A stretch of 64,000 nucleotides of DNA from Candidatus Latescibacterota bacterium (GCA_963662665.2 CAXXJS010000021.1:32001-96000); one strand, 5' to 3'. Positions 50,769-61,813 are shown, counted from the first letter of the stretch. Notes: generated by a model not told the origin, from the letters alone. Numbers and translations: made by a program.

Positions 50769-51812
50769 CTAAAGGATTTGAACACCGGAAACCGGATCGA
50801 TGACAACTTCACCCACGACGTAGCCTGTCTCTCCGTTTCGATTCAACTGTTCGATCGCATTTTCAGCCTGACCGGGGGGAACGACAAGCACCAGGCCCAG
50901 ACCCATGTTGAACACACGAAACATCTCGTCGGTTTCAATATAGTCGCCCATTTTCTGCAACAGGTTGAATACGGGCAATTCGGGCCATGTTCCCCGGTAT
51001 ACGCGCGCGCCGAGCCCATCGGGAAGGGTGCGCGGCAGATTGTCCACAAGCCCTCCGCCGGTGATGTGGGCCATCCCCCTTACCTCCACGGCTTCCATAA
51101 GGTTGAAGGCCGATGATACGTAACTCCGGTGAGGGGCCAGCAAGGTATCGCCGATCGTGCCGCCGAGTTCGCCCAGATGGGTGTCGACGGTCCATCCTGC
51201 GGTTTCGAAGAAGAGTTTGCGCGCCAGGGAAAATCCGTTGGTGTGCAGTCCGGACGACGGCAGACCGATGAGCTTGTCTCCCTGCTGAACCCGTGTACCG
51301 TCCAGAATCTCTTCCCGGTTGACAATACCGACAATAGTACCCGCCAGGTCGTATTCGCCGTCGGCGTAGAAGTCCGGCATTTCCGCCATTTCCCCACCCA
51401 GCAGCGCGCATCCGCAGGCTTTGCATCCGTTCGCGATTCCCTCAATGACGGCCTCGGCCACGACGGTGTCGTGTTTACCCATGGCCAGGTAGTCCAGGAA
51501 AAAGAGCGGGCGCGCGCCCTGTACGAGTATGTCGTTGGCGCAGTGGGCCACAAGGTCCGCACCGACCGTATTGTGGACATCCGTCATAAAGGCAATCTTG
51601 AGCTTCGTGCCGACACCGTCCGTTCCCGCCACCAGGACGGGATGCCGATAGGCATCCCATTGCGGCGCGAAGAGACCGCCGAACCCGCCGATATCGGTGA
51701 GTACTTCAGGACCGAATGTTGATCGTACCAGCCTGGAGATGCCTTTCTTGGTCCGACTGGCGCTTTCGATATCCACGCCGGCGGCGGTATATGCGCCTGA
51801 CTTTCCCCTCAT
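50769..51812 (-). CDS. purM: Phosphoribosylformylglycinamidine cyclo-ligase
   Basis: AGVDI, DGVGTKL, PLFFLDY, SSGLHTNG, AHITGGG, FNMG. Confidence 0.97.
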   Translation of the reverse strand: MRGKSGAYTAAGVDIESASRTKKGISRLVRSTFGPEVLTDIGGFGGLFAPQWDAYRHPVLVAGTDGVGTKLKIAFMTDVHNTVGADLVAHCANDILVQGARPLFFLDYLAMGKHDTVVAEAVIEGIANGCKACGCALLGGEMAEMPDFYADGEYDLAGTIVGIVNREEILDGTRVQQGDKLIGLPSSGLHTNGFSLARKLFFETAGWTVDTHLGELGGTIGDTLLAPHRSYVSSAFNLMEAVEVRGMAHITGGGLVDNLPRTLPDGLGARVYRGTWPELPVFNLLQKMGDYIETDEMFRVFNMGLGLVLVVPPGQAENAIEQLNRNGETGYVVGEVVIDPVSGVQIL

Positions 51813-51916
51813 CGGGCTACCTTCCATACTTCGTCTCAAAATACACGGGGAGGAGGGACAGGATAAGATACGTGATTTTCAATCCACCTGAGTATAAGGC
51901 GGCGTTTATGCAGGGC

Positions 51917-52897
51917 TCATTCGACTGCGCCGCATTTCGACGGCGGGTAATCGCCGCGTCCGACCGGCAATTTTGCATCCTCTCCGGGTGCGGCACGTAC
52001 GGCGCCCGAGGCCGCAACGATCTCTTCGGCAACACGCGCTGCACGACCGGCTGCCGCAACGTCATGCACGCGCACTACGTGAGCCCCGGCGGCCACGGAT
52101 AAACCCACCGCGGACAGCGTACCTTCCAGCCGTTCTTCAGGCGTAAGATCCAGCCCGGCGCCAACGAATCTCTTCCGCGACGGGCCCACCAGCAGAGGGC
52201 GGCCCAGATCATGGAATTCCTCAAGCCGGGCAAGAATCTCAAAGTTGTGGGTACTTCGTTTGCCGAATCCCAGTCCGGGGTCAATCAGAATCCTGCCTGG
52301 CGCGATGCCGGCTTTGAGGGCTGCGGCCAGGCGAACGTTGAGAAAATCGGTTATTTCGTGGATCAGGTTGTGATACGACGGATTAATCTGCATGGTTCGG
52401 GGCGTGCCCTTCATGTGCATAAGGACAACCGCGGCGCCCGATTGTGCGACGGTTTCGGCCATGAGGGGGTCGAAGCGCATCGCGCTTATGTCGTTGACGA
52501 TGGATGCGCCCGATTCTATTGCTTTCTCCACGACGGCCGCTTTCGTGGTGTCTACGGAAATGAGCCGGTCTGTTCTGGATGCGATTTCTTCGATCACCGG
52601 CGCCGTACGGCGAATTTCCTCTTCCGTCGAAACGGTGCGGGCTCCCGCGCCGTACGTCCCTGCCGGACGGGTGGACTCGCCTCCTACGTCGATGATATCC
52701 GCGCCCTCTTCAACCATCCGAAGCCCATGCGCGACGGCTTGCCGTGGTTCGAAATAACGCCCACCGTCGGCAAATGAATCGGGTGTGACGTTGAGAATAC
52801 CCATAATCAGGGTTCGTGCGCCCAGTTGAAGGACGTTGCCCCGGCAATCGAGCCGGCGCGCGGGGGAGGTTACGTATCGCATTGGAAATGTGGACAT
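51917..52897 (-). CDS. folP: Dihydropteroate synthase
   Basis: MGILNVTPDSF, GGESTRP, DPGLGFGK, SRK, RVHDV. Confidence 0.96.
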   Translation of the reverse strand: MSTFPMRYVTSPARRLDCRGNVLQLGARTLIMGILNVTPDSFADGGRYFEPRQAVAHGLRMVEEGADIIDVGGESTRPAGTYGAGARTVSTEEEIRRTAPVIEEIASRTDRLISVDTTKAAVVEKAIESGASIVNDISAMRFDPLMAETVAQSGAAVVLMHMKGTPRTMQINPSYHNLIHEITDFLNVRLAAALKAGIAPGRILIDPGLGFGKRSTHNFEILARLEEFHDLGRPLLVGPSRKRFVGAGLDLTPEERLEGTLSAVGLSVAAGAHVVRVHDVAAAGRAARVAEEIVAASGAVRAAPGEDAKLPVGRGDYPPSKCGAVE

Positions 52898-52960
52898 GCA
52901 AAAGGGATGGCAAAATGACGCGGCCTTTTACCATCCCTCATTGAATTTCGAGGAGAGTGT

Positions 52961-55108
52961 TTACGCTTCGTTATCGGATCCTTCATTCTGTTCGGCTGTC
53001 TGATCCTCCGGGGAGGGCGTGCCAGGCTCGTCCGCGTCGGCGGTTGCGTCCTGTTTTGGACGTCCGTTTTGAGATTCGGACGGTTCAGGAGGTTTTTGGA
53101 GCTTTTCTCCAGCCAGAATACGGTCGAGTTGGGAGTCATCCAGCACTTCGAACTCCAGAAGCGCATCCGCCAGCACGTGGACCTGGGCGATATTCTCCCG
53201 CAGCAGGGCTTCCGCCCGGTCCTCCGCGGTAAGGACGAAGTTGCGGATTTCGTCGTCGATGACCTGTGCGACCTTTTCGCTGAAATCCCGGCGCTGGGCT
53301 ATTTCACGGCCAAGGAAGACCTCGTCCTGTCTGTTTCCGTACGATACGGGACCCAGTTCCTCGCTCATGCCCCAGTCGCAGACCATTCGGCGCGCGAGGT
53401 CGGTGGCCATCTTGTAGTCCTGCTGGCCGCCGCTGGAGACTTCTCCGAAGACGATTTTTTCAGCCACCCGACCACCCAGCGCATACGTGAGAACGGCGTC
53501 GCTGTAGCTCCTCGAGTAGTTGTGGCGTTCGTCGATTGGCAGATAAGTGGTGAGTCCGAGAGATTGGCCGCGTGGAATAATGGTGACCTTGTGTACCGGA
53601 TCGGACTCCGGCACGAGTTTGGCCACCAGCGCGTGACCGATTTCGTGGTAGGCCGTAGTTTTCTTTTCCGAATCTGAAATGACCAGACTGCGCCTTTCCA
53701 CGCCCATAATGACCTTGTCTTTGGCATTTTCGAAGTCCTCCATAATTACGGAGGTCCGGTCGTGCCTGGAGGCGAGCAGCGCGGCCTCGTTGACCAGGTT
53801 TTCCAGGTCGGCCTGGGAAAAGCCGGGCGTAGCCCGTGCGAGAACGGTCAGATCGACGTCCTTGTCCAACGGGGTATTTCGGATGTGGACTTTCAGGACA
53901 CCCTCCCGGCCCTTGACGTCCGGCCGGTCCACAACCACCTGTCGGTCGAAACGGCCCGGACGCAACAGGGCCGGATCGAGGACGTCGGGCCTGTTGGTGG
54001 CGGCAATGAGGATGACCCCTTCCTTGGAGTCGAATCCGTCCATTTCAACCAGCAACTGGTTGAGCGTCTGCTCCCGCTCGTCGTGGCCGCCCCCGATGCC
54101 GGCGCCCCGGTGCCGCCCCACGGCATCGATTTCGTCTATGAAGATGATGCATGGCGCATTGGCCTTTCCCTGTTCAAACAGGTCGCGAACGCGGGAGGCG
54201 CCAACGCCGACGAACATTTCGACAAAGTCGGAGCCGCTCATGCTGTAGAACGGTACGCCGGCCTCGCCTGCAACCGCTTTGGCCATATACGTTTTGCCGG
54301 TACCCGGCGGCCCGACCAGGAGTACACCCTTCGGGATTCGGCCGCCGAGCCGCTGGAATTTTCGGGGATCCTTGAGGTACTCGATAATCTCCTGGAGTTC
54401 CTGTTTGGCCTCGTCCGATCCGGCCACGTCTTCAAAGGTGACTTTTGGGCGGTCTTCAGTAACCAGCTTCGCCCTGCTCTTGCCGAAGCTGAACGCACCC
54501 TTGGGGCCTCCCTGCATCTGTCTGAAGATGAAGAGCCAGAGGCCCACAAAGAGCAACCACGGCAGGAAGTTGAAGAAGACCTTCAACCAGTCGAAGGGTT
54601 TTTCCTGAAAGCGGAAGTCGATTTCGTATTTTTCCCAGTCGGCAATTGCCTCTTCGCCGATGACGCCCAGGTTGACCACAAAGGTGCGATACGGCTGTTG
54701 CGCGCCCCGACTGCTCGCATATTCGGGTTCGAGCAACGTGCCGTGAAAATCGCTGTCGATGATGATGGCGCTTTCGATCTTGCCTTGTTTCATCAGGGTC
54801 CGGTACTCCTTGTAGCTGAGTACGACGTCGCCAGAGCCGGTACTGCTCCCGAAGAACCGGGTCGCAAAAAGGGCGACGAGAACAAAAAAGACCCAGAATG
54901 CAAGCGTTTTTGAGCGCCGCCGCCACTCGCTGCCGTCGTTCTCGGGACTTGATCCGGGCTCCCGGTTCTGCCGCGGTCGCGGTCGGTTCCTCGGGGCCTC
55001 GTGTTCTTCCCGGTCGCTGTCAGATTCAGGCTTCAACTCCGGCACGGGCGGCGTCTGTTCTTTTTGCTCCGCAGCCGGGGTTTTTTCCTGATCTTTACGT
55101 TCTGCCAT
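52961..55108 (-). CDS. ftsH: ATP-dependent zinc metalloprotease FtsH
   Basis: Two TM segments, [11 protein letters not shown] motif, HEIGH; start MAERK at 55108. Confidence 0.97.
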   Translation of the reverse strand: MAERKDQEKTPAAEQKEQTPPVPELKPESDSDREEHEAPRNRPRPRQNREPGSSPENDGSEWRRRSKTLAFWVFFVLVALFATRFFGSSTGSGDVVLSYKEYRTLMKQGKIESAIIIDSDFHGTLLEPEYASSRGAQQPYRTFVVNLGVIGEEAIADWEKYEIDFRFQEKPFDWLKVFFNFLPWLLFVGLWLFIFRQMQGGPKGAFSFGKSRAKLVTEDRPKVTFEDVAGSDEAKQELQEIIEYLKDPRKFQRLGGRIPKGVLLVGPPGTGKTYMAKAVAGEAGVPFYSMSGSDFVEMFVGVGASRVRDLFEQGKANAPCIIFIDEIDAVGRHRGAGIGGGHDEREQTLNQLLVEMDGFDSKEGVILIAATNRPDVLDPALLRPGRFDRQVVVDRPDVKGREGVLKVHIRNTPLDKDVDLTVLARATPGFSQADLENLVNEAALLASRHDRTSVIMEDFENAKDKVIMGVERRSLVISDSEKKTTAYHEIGHALVAKLVPESDPVHKVTIIPRGQSLGLTTYLPIDERHNYSRSYSDAVLTYALGGRVAEKIVFGEVSSGGQQDYKMATDLARRMVCDWGMSEELGPVSYGNRQDEVFLGREIAQRRDFSEKVAQVIDDEIRNFVLTAEDRAEALLRENIAQVHVLADALLEFEVLDDSQLDRILAGEKLQKPPEPSESQNGRPKQDATADADEPGTPSPEDQTAEQNEGSDNEA

Positions 55109-55131
55109 GTGAACCGCCTTGCCAATGATAC

Positions 55132-56556
55132 TCAGGAGGAGGCGAAAACGCCTCCCCAACCACCCTTGAAGGTGACGTCCAGCACCGTTTTTGCCCGATG
55201 TGTAACGGCCGTAGACTGGGCAGTACGCAAACCGACCACCCAGAGGATGGCCTGGCCGCCCAGGAGCAGCGGAATCTCGTCACGCAACGGTCTCGGAATT
55301 TTGAGGTTGATAAACAGGTCGCTGACTTTTTGTGTCCCGTTCAGGCCGAGCGGTCGGAAGCGATCCGCCCGGCGCCGATTCCTCAGGATCAGGCCACCGG
55401 GAAGCGCATCGTAGTCGAAACAGGCGCGATATGGATCGGACGATAGTTCATTCCTTCGTACCCGGCCGGCCGGCCGGATTCTCGTTTCCAGAACCGCGCC
55501 GATTTCCGCAATTTCAGTGATGCCCGGAACGGCGACTTCGGACTCGAAAAACGGCGTTGGGCGACTGAAAATCAGCCAGGGGCTCGAACGATGAACGGAG
55601 ATGTCGGAAGACATCTGAACCACGCCGGCAGGGGTCAGACGCAACGATTCCATGCGGCTGATGCTCTGCTCATCCAGCGCCCGCGCACGGCCCTGAAGCC
55701 GGAAAAAAGCCGTTTTGAAGATTCGGCGCTGAAGTGCTATATGATAACCGAAAACGGCTTTTTCATCAAGGATTATTTTTCGCTTGCCCTCGTAGCGAAG
55801 GGCCATTCGGTACGCCGATTCCGCCTGCTCATCCAGCAGTTGATCTTCGCCCTGGATGATCTCCGCGGACCTTGCCAGGGCAGCTTCGATGGCGGGGTTG
55901 TATTCCGACGCGAGCTCCGGCAGGAGACGATGCCGGATCCGGTTCCTGAGAAACCGGATATCGGCGTTTGTGACGTCACGGCGCACATGCAGGTTTCGGT
56001 GGTCGACATAGGCTTCGATCTGTTGGCGCGAAACCGTCAGAAGGGGGCGTATCCAGATGCCGTCGCGGATCGGCCTGATTGCGCCGAGCCCGGTCGGACC
56101 GGCGCCGCGAATGAGGCGCATCAATACAGTTTCGGCCTGATCGCTTCGCGTATGGCCCAATGCGATCCGCGAAGCGCCTGCGGTCCGCATTACGCGCTCA
56201 AGAAATGCCAGTCGTGCTTCGCGGGAATCCGATTCAGGAGAACCCGTTCCCGGCAGCGTGGCTCTTTCCGAATAGAACGGGAGACCCATCGAGGCGGCGA
56301 GATCCCTTACGAATCGCTCGTCCATATCGGATGCCCGGCCCCTGAGTTGATGGTTGAGGTGGGCGACGCAGAGCGAGATATCGAGAGATTCGACAAGCCT
56401 GGCCATGATGTCCAGAAGCGATACGGAGTCCGGGCCGCCCGATACGCCGATCACAATTCCGTCGTCCCGATCGATCATATCGTGCCGGTCGATGTACGAT
56501 TGTACCGCCGGGAGCAGGTCAGGTGTGTCGGAATTGCGGCTGGTGGACGGTTTCAT
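55132..56556 (-). CDS. tilS: tRNA(Ile)-lysidine synthase
   Basis: VSGGPDS, HLNHQLR, DQAETVL, IRPLL, RNRIRH. Confidence 0.96.
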   Translation of the reverse strand: MKPSTSRNSDTPDLLPAVQSYIDRHDMIDRDDGIVIGVSGGPDSVSLLDIMARLVESLDISLCVAHLNHQLRGRASDMDERFVRDLAASMGLPFYSERATLPGTGSPESDSREARLAFLERVMRTAGASRIALGHTRSDQAETVLMRLIRGAGPTGLGAIRPIRDGIWIRPLLTVSRQQIEAYVDHRNLHVRRDVTNADIRFLRNRIRHRLLPELASEYNPAIEAALARSAEIIQGEDQLLDEQAESAYRMALRYEGKRKIILDEKAVFGYHIALQRRIFKTAFFRLQGRARALDEQSISRMESLRLTPAGVVQMSSDISVHRSSPWLIFSRPTPFFESEVAVPGITEIAEIGAVLETRIRPAGRVRRNELSSDPYRACFDYDALPGGLILRNRRRADRFRPLGLNGTQKVSDLFINLKIPRPLRDEIPLLLGGQAILWVVGLRTAQSTAVTHRAKTVLDVTFKGGWGGVFASS

Positions 56557-56759
56557 GGGTAAATTGCCCGTGTTGCGATTCCCTTCTCTCGCGGCGTACG
56601 CCTATCGGGCCTTGTGGTGTTGAAGGCCCTTTCGGACATTAGACGCCGCGGAAATCGGATCGGTTTCTGAAAAACCGTATTCGCGCAATCGTTTCTGTGG
56701 TTCGTTCTTGCGCCATCCATCCCGTCCGAAAGATAGATTCTACACAACATCGCAGCAAG

Positions 56760-56795
56760 AAAAGAAAAAACGCGCTGAAATCAGCGCGTTTTTTC
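56760..56795. terminator. Bidirectional intrinsic terminator, ending the redox operon
   Basis: GAAAAAACGCGCTGA-AA-TCAGCGCGTTTTTTC with A/T tracts on both sides. Confidence 0.8.
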
Positions 56796-56816
56796 GTTCG
56801 AATACACCGCATTTAT

Positions 56817-57803
56817 TCAGGGTACGCTTTTACCGAAGTTCCTGGCGAATTCCAGAAAGTCCGGAAAGTCGACCAGGCCGCTCCCGTCCAGGTCGAAGGC
56901 GGGATTGTCGGTGTTGAAAGCCTGGGCGAAGGCGATGAAGTCGCTGAACCCGATTTCGCCGTTATTGTCAAAGTCGGCCCGGGGATTGACGGAGACAACA
57001 ATGGCCGTTCCCGAAATTGCGACCGTGACGCTGCCGTTTTCCGGGTCGTCGCTGGAAATGGTAATGGTGCCGGAGAATGGGCCGCCCTCCGCGGGCGTGA
57101 AGGTGATGTCGACATTCGCACTGTCGCCCGGTGCGACCATAAGCTCCGTCAGGCTGAACGTGACGCCCTCGAGGTCGGACGCCAGATCTGTGATGCTGAG
57201 GTCGTCTCCGCCTGTATTTTTCACGACGAGGGTAACGGTCCTGGTTTCGCCGGCCGGAACGTCATCCCCGAAGTCGAGCGATGGAGTGGGGAGGCTGATT
57301 GCAGGCGGCGCGACGGTCAGCAATTCCCGGATACTCGTCGCCGCGGCGCCGAGACCCGAAGCGCCGCGCCCGATGTGACGGATGATCCCTTCCCGGTCCG
57401 CGACCAGCAACGTGTGGGTCCCGTGAGAACCCCTGATATTGCCTGCCTGCAGCAGGAGGGGAAACGTGATCGTGGATACTGACTGAAAACCCCTGAGCTG
57501 AGCCGGACTGCCATTGTAGATGTCAAGTCCCAGGACTGCAAAGCCGTCATCATCCTGGAACGCCTTCCAGATCTGCTGTTCTATGGACGGACCCGCCGCC
57601 CGGCAGGTGGGTCAGTTATGGCCCAGGTAATATAGAGCCAGAACACTGCCCTCGTAATTCGCAGAGCCATAGGTTTTCCCGTCCAGCCCAGTAAGTGAGA
57701 ACGTCGGTACCGCGTCACCGACACTCTGTGCATTCGCGGGTCCGAGGGGGTAAAACGCCAAGGCCAGTAGGAATACGACGCATGCAACGATTCGACCCAT
57801 CAC
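56817..57803 (-). CDS. Secreted selenoprotein: AhpC/TlpA-like domain (UxxC) + Ig-like (ASH/choice-of-anchor D) + twin EF-hand/dockerin-like domain
   Basis: ORFs 57612-57803 and 56817-57410 share one frame separated only by TGA at 57612-57614; read-through gives YYLGHN-U-PTCRAAGP, 329 codons including the stop. Confidence 0.85.
57591..57608 (-). promoter_or_regulatory. Candidate bacterial SECIS element
   Basis: Hairpin ACCUGCC-GGGC-GGCGGGU starting 3 nt after the UGA. Confidence 0.55.
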
Positions 57804-57834
57804 AGTCCTCCTTTGAGAAAATGTGTCGTCTGCG

Positions 57835-59418
57835 TCAGAAATAGGTTTTCAGACGCATCTCAAGGCCATTGAACGGCAACACCAGATAGCATGTCCCCGA
57901 TGTACACGCGGCGCCGCCTCGTCTGCGGCCGGCGAATACGAAGGCTTCGTATCGATCGAGAAATGCGACGTTGAGATTGACCGACAGCCAGGAACGTGTC
58001 CCGGTCTCCACCCGGTCCGGTGTGGCGCCGTCGTCCACTTCAAACGGATCGTTGGTACGATCCAGTATGAGGGCGCAGCCCACGCCCGAGGGATGCTGGA
58101 AGGAAAACTGGGTAAAGACGTCCAAGAACCCCGGCTCGGTTCGAGGCTGCCTGGCCGCGCGCCGGACCTGAAAATCCAGGCCCGCGACAGATCCGCAGGG
58201 CGTCGTGGATTCGATTCCCGCGCCGGCGATTCTGTGCTTCCGAATCCCCTTCAGTTCGTTTTTTCCCCAATCGACGAACAGGTTGGTGGAAATCGCGTGG
58301 TCCCCGCCATCAGACGGAAGGTCGACCTCCACGCTGAAATACCGCTCGTTGAAGGTCGTTGTGAAGCCGGGCGCGAGTTCGTTCTCACCCTTGCTTACAT
58401 TTGCCGTCAGCGTGCCCAGACCGAATATAGAATAGGTGGCTTCCGCCTGATAGCCCTTTTCCGTATCGGCAATCAGGGCATGGGTGGCCCGGTTGAGCAG
58501 GACGGCCGAGTGTTCGCGGACAAGGGATGGTGGATCGTTGAAACTGAAGGCGAATTTCTCGTAATCCTTGTATTCCAGGCTCAAGCCCAGGTTGGAAATT
58601 CCGGCGTTGGCCGAAATATAGAGAGCGCTGCCGTCCACGTGCACGTCTTTCAGCCCTGCGTATTCGGCGTAGACGGTTGCATAAGCTTCCGGAAGGCCGG
58701 ATGCTTCGATTGCGGGCGTGACGTCGAATTCCAGAAAACCCGACCATGTTCGGGTGGAGTCAAACCTGGAGGCGTGATGGTTGACGGCGGTGACACCGGT
58801 CTTCACTTGCTTGTGAGGCCGCAGCGAGACCTCGCCTCCGAGAATCCAGTCGTCACGTCGCGGTACATCACGAAGCGGATTACCCACCCGCACCGCAGGC
58901 GGAATATCACTAAATACGGGTCGCCCGATCAGGGCCTTTGCCTCGGCCCGAGACCCCGCCCAGGTGGCAATGCCACCCTCCAGGTCCCGGGAAGGCGAAT
59001 AACGCCGTCGGTATTGCCCGCTCTCCAGAATAACTCCGGGCAGATCGAAGGCCCTGATCGTGATGCCACGACCCAGGATGGCGTAGTAGTTGCCCGCAAC
59101 CAGCTCGACGGATCCCTGCGTCCAGCGCGCGTGTTTCTGGGAGATATGCACGATCTGGTATTCAACCTGTGACAGCGGCGAGCCCGGAGCCGTGCTGCGC
59201 CATGCATTGAAGATTTCCGCCCGGAATCCGGCCTGCAGACCGTGCCGTGTGTAATCGAGGTCGAACTGCTCATAGAGTGACGAAACCGCCAGCGAGTCCG
59301 AGCCCGGTACGCGTCCCCGCTGGATTTCGGTCAGGCTGGATGCGGTCACCTGAGCCACGGCCGGTTTCGAGGTCGGCAGCAGTAGGAGCATTGTCAGGCT
59401 ATTGATCAGCGCTCGCAT
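57835..59418 (-). CDS. DUF6029-like outer-membrane beta-barrel protein
   Basis: Signal peptide; GNYYAILGRG, EYKDY; C-terminal RGGAACTSGTC..PFNG..YF; start at 59418 inferred. Confidence 0.72.
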   Translation of the reverse strand: MRALINSLTMLLLLPTSKPAVAQVTASSLTEIQRGRVPGSDSLAVSSLYEQFDLDYTRHGLQAGFRAEIFNAWRSTAPGSPLSQVEYQIVHISQKHARWTQGSVELVAGNYYAILGRGITIRAFDLPGVILESGQYRRRYSPSRDLEGGIATWAGSRAEAKALIGRPVFSDIPPAVRVGNPLRDVPRRDDWILGGEVSLRPHKQVKTGVTAVNHHASRFDSTRTWSGFLEFDVTPAIEASGLPEAYATVYAEYAGLKDVHVDGSALYISANAGISNLGLSLEYKDYEKFAFSFNDPPSLVREHSAVLLNRATHALIADTEKGYQAEATYSIFGLGTLTANVSKGENELAPGFTTTFNERYFSVEVDLPSDGGDHAISTNLFVDWGKNELKGIRKHRIAGAGIESTTPCGSVAGLDFQVRRAARQPRTEPGFLDVFTQFSFQHPSGVGCALILDRTNDPFEVDDGATPDRVETGTRSWLSVNLNVAFLDRYEAFVFAGRRRGGAACTSGTCYLVLPFNGLEMRLKTYF

Positions 59419-59938
59419 CGGCCTTCGCCCCTTCGTCGGCGCCAGCATCCGGAAAAAGCGCCTCAACGGCCGTCAGCAACACTTCGGCGTTTTTCGAATT
59501 GTATCCGACCTGCCTCAGCGCAATCTCACCGTCCGGGGTGATCAGAAGCGTCGTCGGCAGGACGTTTACCTGCATTCGCCGCATCACCGCGCTGTCGGAG
59601 TCGAGGGCGACGGGGAAATTGACCCGTCGCGCCCTGAGAAAGGGTTTCACCCGGTTCTGCCCACGCGGACCGTCCACGTTGACGCCAAGAACCGTGAGTC
59701 CGGATTTGCCGTATTTCTCGTGAATCTTCTGGAGCTTGGGCATTGCCTTGACGCAAGGTTTGCAGTAGGTCGCCCAGAAATCCAGAAGCACCGGCCCGTT
59801 TTTCAGCAGGGTCTTCAGGTTGACCCGTTCGCCCTGAAGGTTCCGGAGGTTGAAGTCTGGGGCTGAGGCGGCGTTCACAGTTGCGACGCCCAGGGTAATC
59901 GAGGCTGCAAAAGCCAGCGATTGAAATAGCGATTTCAT
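59399..59938 (-). CDS. TlpA-family thiol:disulfide oxidoreductase, exported
   Basis: Signal peptide; APDF, DFWATYCKPC, LPTT. Confidence 0.92.
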   Translation of the reverse strand: MKSLFQSLAFAASITLGVATVNAASAPDFNLRNLQGERVNLKTLLKNGPVLLDFWATYCKPCVKAMPKLQKIHEKYGKSGLTVLGVNVDGPRGQNRVKPFLRARRVNFPVALDSDSAVMRRMQVNVLPTTLLITPDGEIALRQVGYNSKNAEVLLTAVEALFPDAGADEGAKADASADQ

Positions 59939-60046
59939 CGTCGCAATCCTTCCCGTTTTCCGCAGTGGTTTGAAGGTCTTGCAATTTATCACCGGGAGCA
60001 GAAAATAGTTGACGTCTATTGCGCCTGCTACGGCGGAGAGGAACTT

Positions 60047-60142
60047 GCCCAAACGGGGGCGCTGAGCTTGTCGAAGCGCCCCCGTTCGGGCGCGTTATTT
60101 CCTTTGCAGACCCTTCGACAAGCTCAGCGAACGGCTCAGGGT
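60047..60142. repeat. REP-like palindromic element
   Basis: CGCTGAGCTTGTCGAAG (60060-60076) and its inverse CTTCGACAAGCTCAGCG (60113-60129). Confidence 0.65.
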
Positions 60143-60760
60143 GCCGGGTCAATGTTGTGGACAAAAGGTAGACTATCGGGTACTCCCCGTGATAACTGAA
60201 GGACGCCCGGTGTGACTGTGTGGTTCCAGGCTGGAAAACGCCAGTTGCGAAGTGCTTTGCGCCGCACGGGTGAGAACTGATAAACAATAACCGATAATTT
60301 CCGTTTCATCAAGGGCTATTTTGCCAACGCCGGCAACGCGATAGGGTAATGAGGCGCATGCATATCGGACAGATGACGTGAAGGCCGAATCCAGGTCGAT
60401 CCGTTTCCGCTTGCAGCGCCTCACCGGGCGATCTATATTGGATTTGACATTGTTTCACACACCCTGGCGAGGACGACGAGTTCATTGAGTCGCTATGGTC
60501 GCGTCGGGCCCGCTGTGAACGCCCCGGCAGCGTGACCGTGCGATAGCGTCCTGTCCCAAGAATATCTCACCATTCGGCCGCCGATTCATCCCGTCTCGCA
60601 GCGTTGCCCTCGCTCGCCGACTTTGCCCAAGGTCGTCTGTGCTCAGGCGCCTTGCGAGCCGAGCGACTCGACGGCCGAATTCAGGTAACTTATTTTCGGG
60701 ACCGGACACTGGGCCGTCCGTTTTGCGGAGGGTCGTTGAATTTAAGGGGAAGGGCTCGTT

Positions 60761-61813
60761 ATGGTTAACATCGGCATTATCGGAATAGGATTCATGGGGA
60801 TGACGCACTTTCGTGGCGCACGGAAGGTCAAGGGCGGGAAGGTGACGGCCATCTGCACGCGGGACGAGAGGAAACTGACGGGAGATTGGAGAGGAATACA
60901 TGGGAATTTCGGAGACCCCGGGGGTATCGAGGATCTATCCGGTATACGTACGTACCGGGAGATCGACGATCTGCTGGCCGATCCTGGAATCGATCTCGTG
61001 AATATCTGCCTGCCTTCGGCGATGCACAAAGACGTTACGATAGCGGCGCTGCGTGCGGGGAAGCACGTATTGCTTGAGAAGCCGATTGCGCTGAACCCGA
61101 AAGACGCGGACAGGATGGTTCAGGAAGCGGCGAATGCGGGGCGTACGCTGATGGTGGCGCATGTGCTGCCGTTTTTTCCTGAATTCGCCTATGCCCGGAA
61201 GGTCGTCGCGGACGGCGAGTACGGAGCGCTGCTGGGCGCCCATTTCAAACGAATCATCTCGCAGCCCGACTGGTCATCGGAATTCAGTGACGTCGAACGA
61301 AGTGGCGGGCCGGGTGTTGACCTGCACATCCACGATACCCATTACATTCTGCTGCTTTGCGGCGTGCCTGACCGCGTTTCGTCCACCGGACGGCTCGTGA
61401 ACGACCGTTACGCGGAATATCTGTGTACGAGCTACAGGTATCTCGATCGGCCGGACATAAGCATAACCTGCGCTTCGGGTGCGATTTCGCAACCCGGCCG
61501 TGCGTTTGCCCACGGTTTCGAAATCTACCTCGAGAAAGCGACGTTGATCTACGAATTCGCCACGCTGGGCGACAAGCCGGTCCTCTCCACCCCTCTAACG
61601 CTGCTCACCGAAGACAAAAAGGTCCGGAAGCCCGGACTGGGTTCCGGGGACCCGGTGGTGGCGTTTTCACGGGAGATTCAGGCCGCAGTGGATGAAGTGG
61701 CGAAAGGGGTCCCCGCCGAGGCGCTTTCCGGAGTTCGGGCGGCGGATGCGCTCCGGCTATGCTTCAAGGAAGTCCAGTCCGTACGTCGCGGCCGGGCGGT
61801 CCGGGTCAAGTAA
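60761..61813 (+). CDS. Gfo/Idh/MocA-family oxidoreductase
   Basis: GIGFMG, GKHVLLEKP, DLHIHD. Confidence 0.92.
   Translation: MVNIGIIGIGFMGMTHFRGARKVKGGKVTAICTRDERKLTGDWRGIHGNFGDPGGIEDLSGIRTYREIDDLLADPGIDLVNICLPSAMHKDVTIAALRAGKHVLLEKPIALNPKDADRMVQEAANAGRTLMVAHVLPFFPEFAYARKVVADGEYGALLGAHFKRIISQPDWSSEFSDVERSGGPGVDLHIHDTHYILLLCGVPDRVSSTGRLVNDRYAEYLCTSYRYLDRPDISITCASGAISQPGRAFAHGFEIYLEKATLIYEFATLGDKPVLSTPLTLLTEDKKVRKPGLGSGDPVVAFSREIQAAVDEVAKGVPAEALSGVRAADALRLCFKEVQSVRRGRAVRVK

Noticed and set aside
53762-54913. Long antisense ORFs (383 aa here; also 57823-59172, 38788-39891, 6580-7695, 27499-28461)
   Set aside because: Shadow frames of high-GC real genes with no protein motifs.
55108-55132. No hpt between tilS and ftsH
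   Set aside because: Ordinary gene-order variation; not informative alone.
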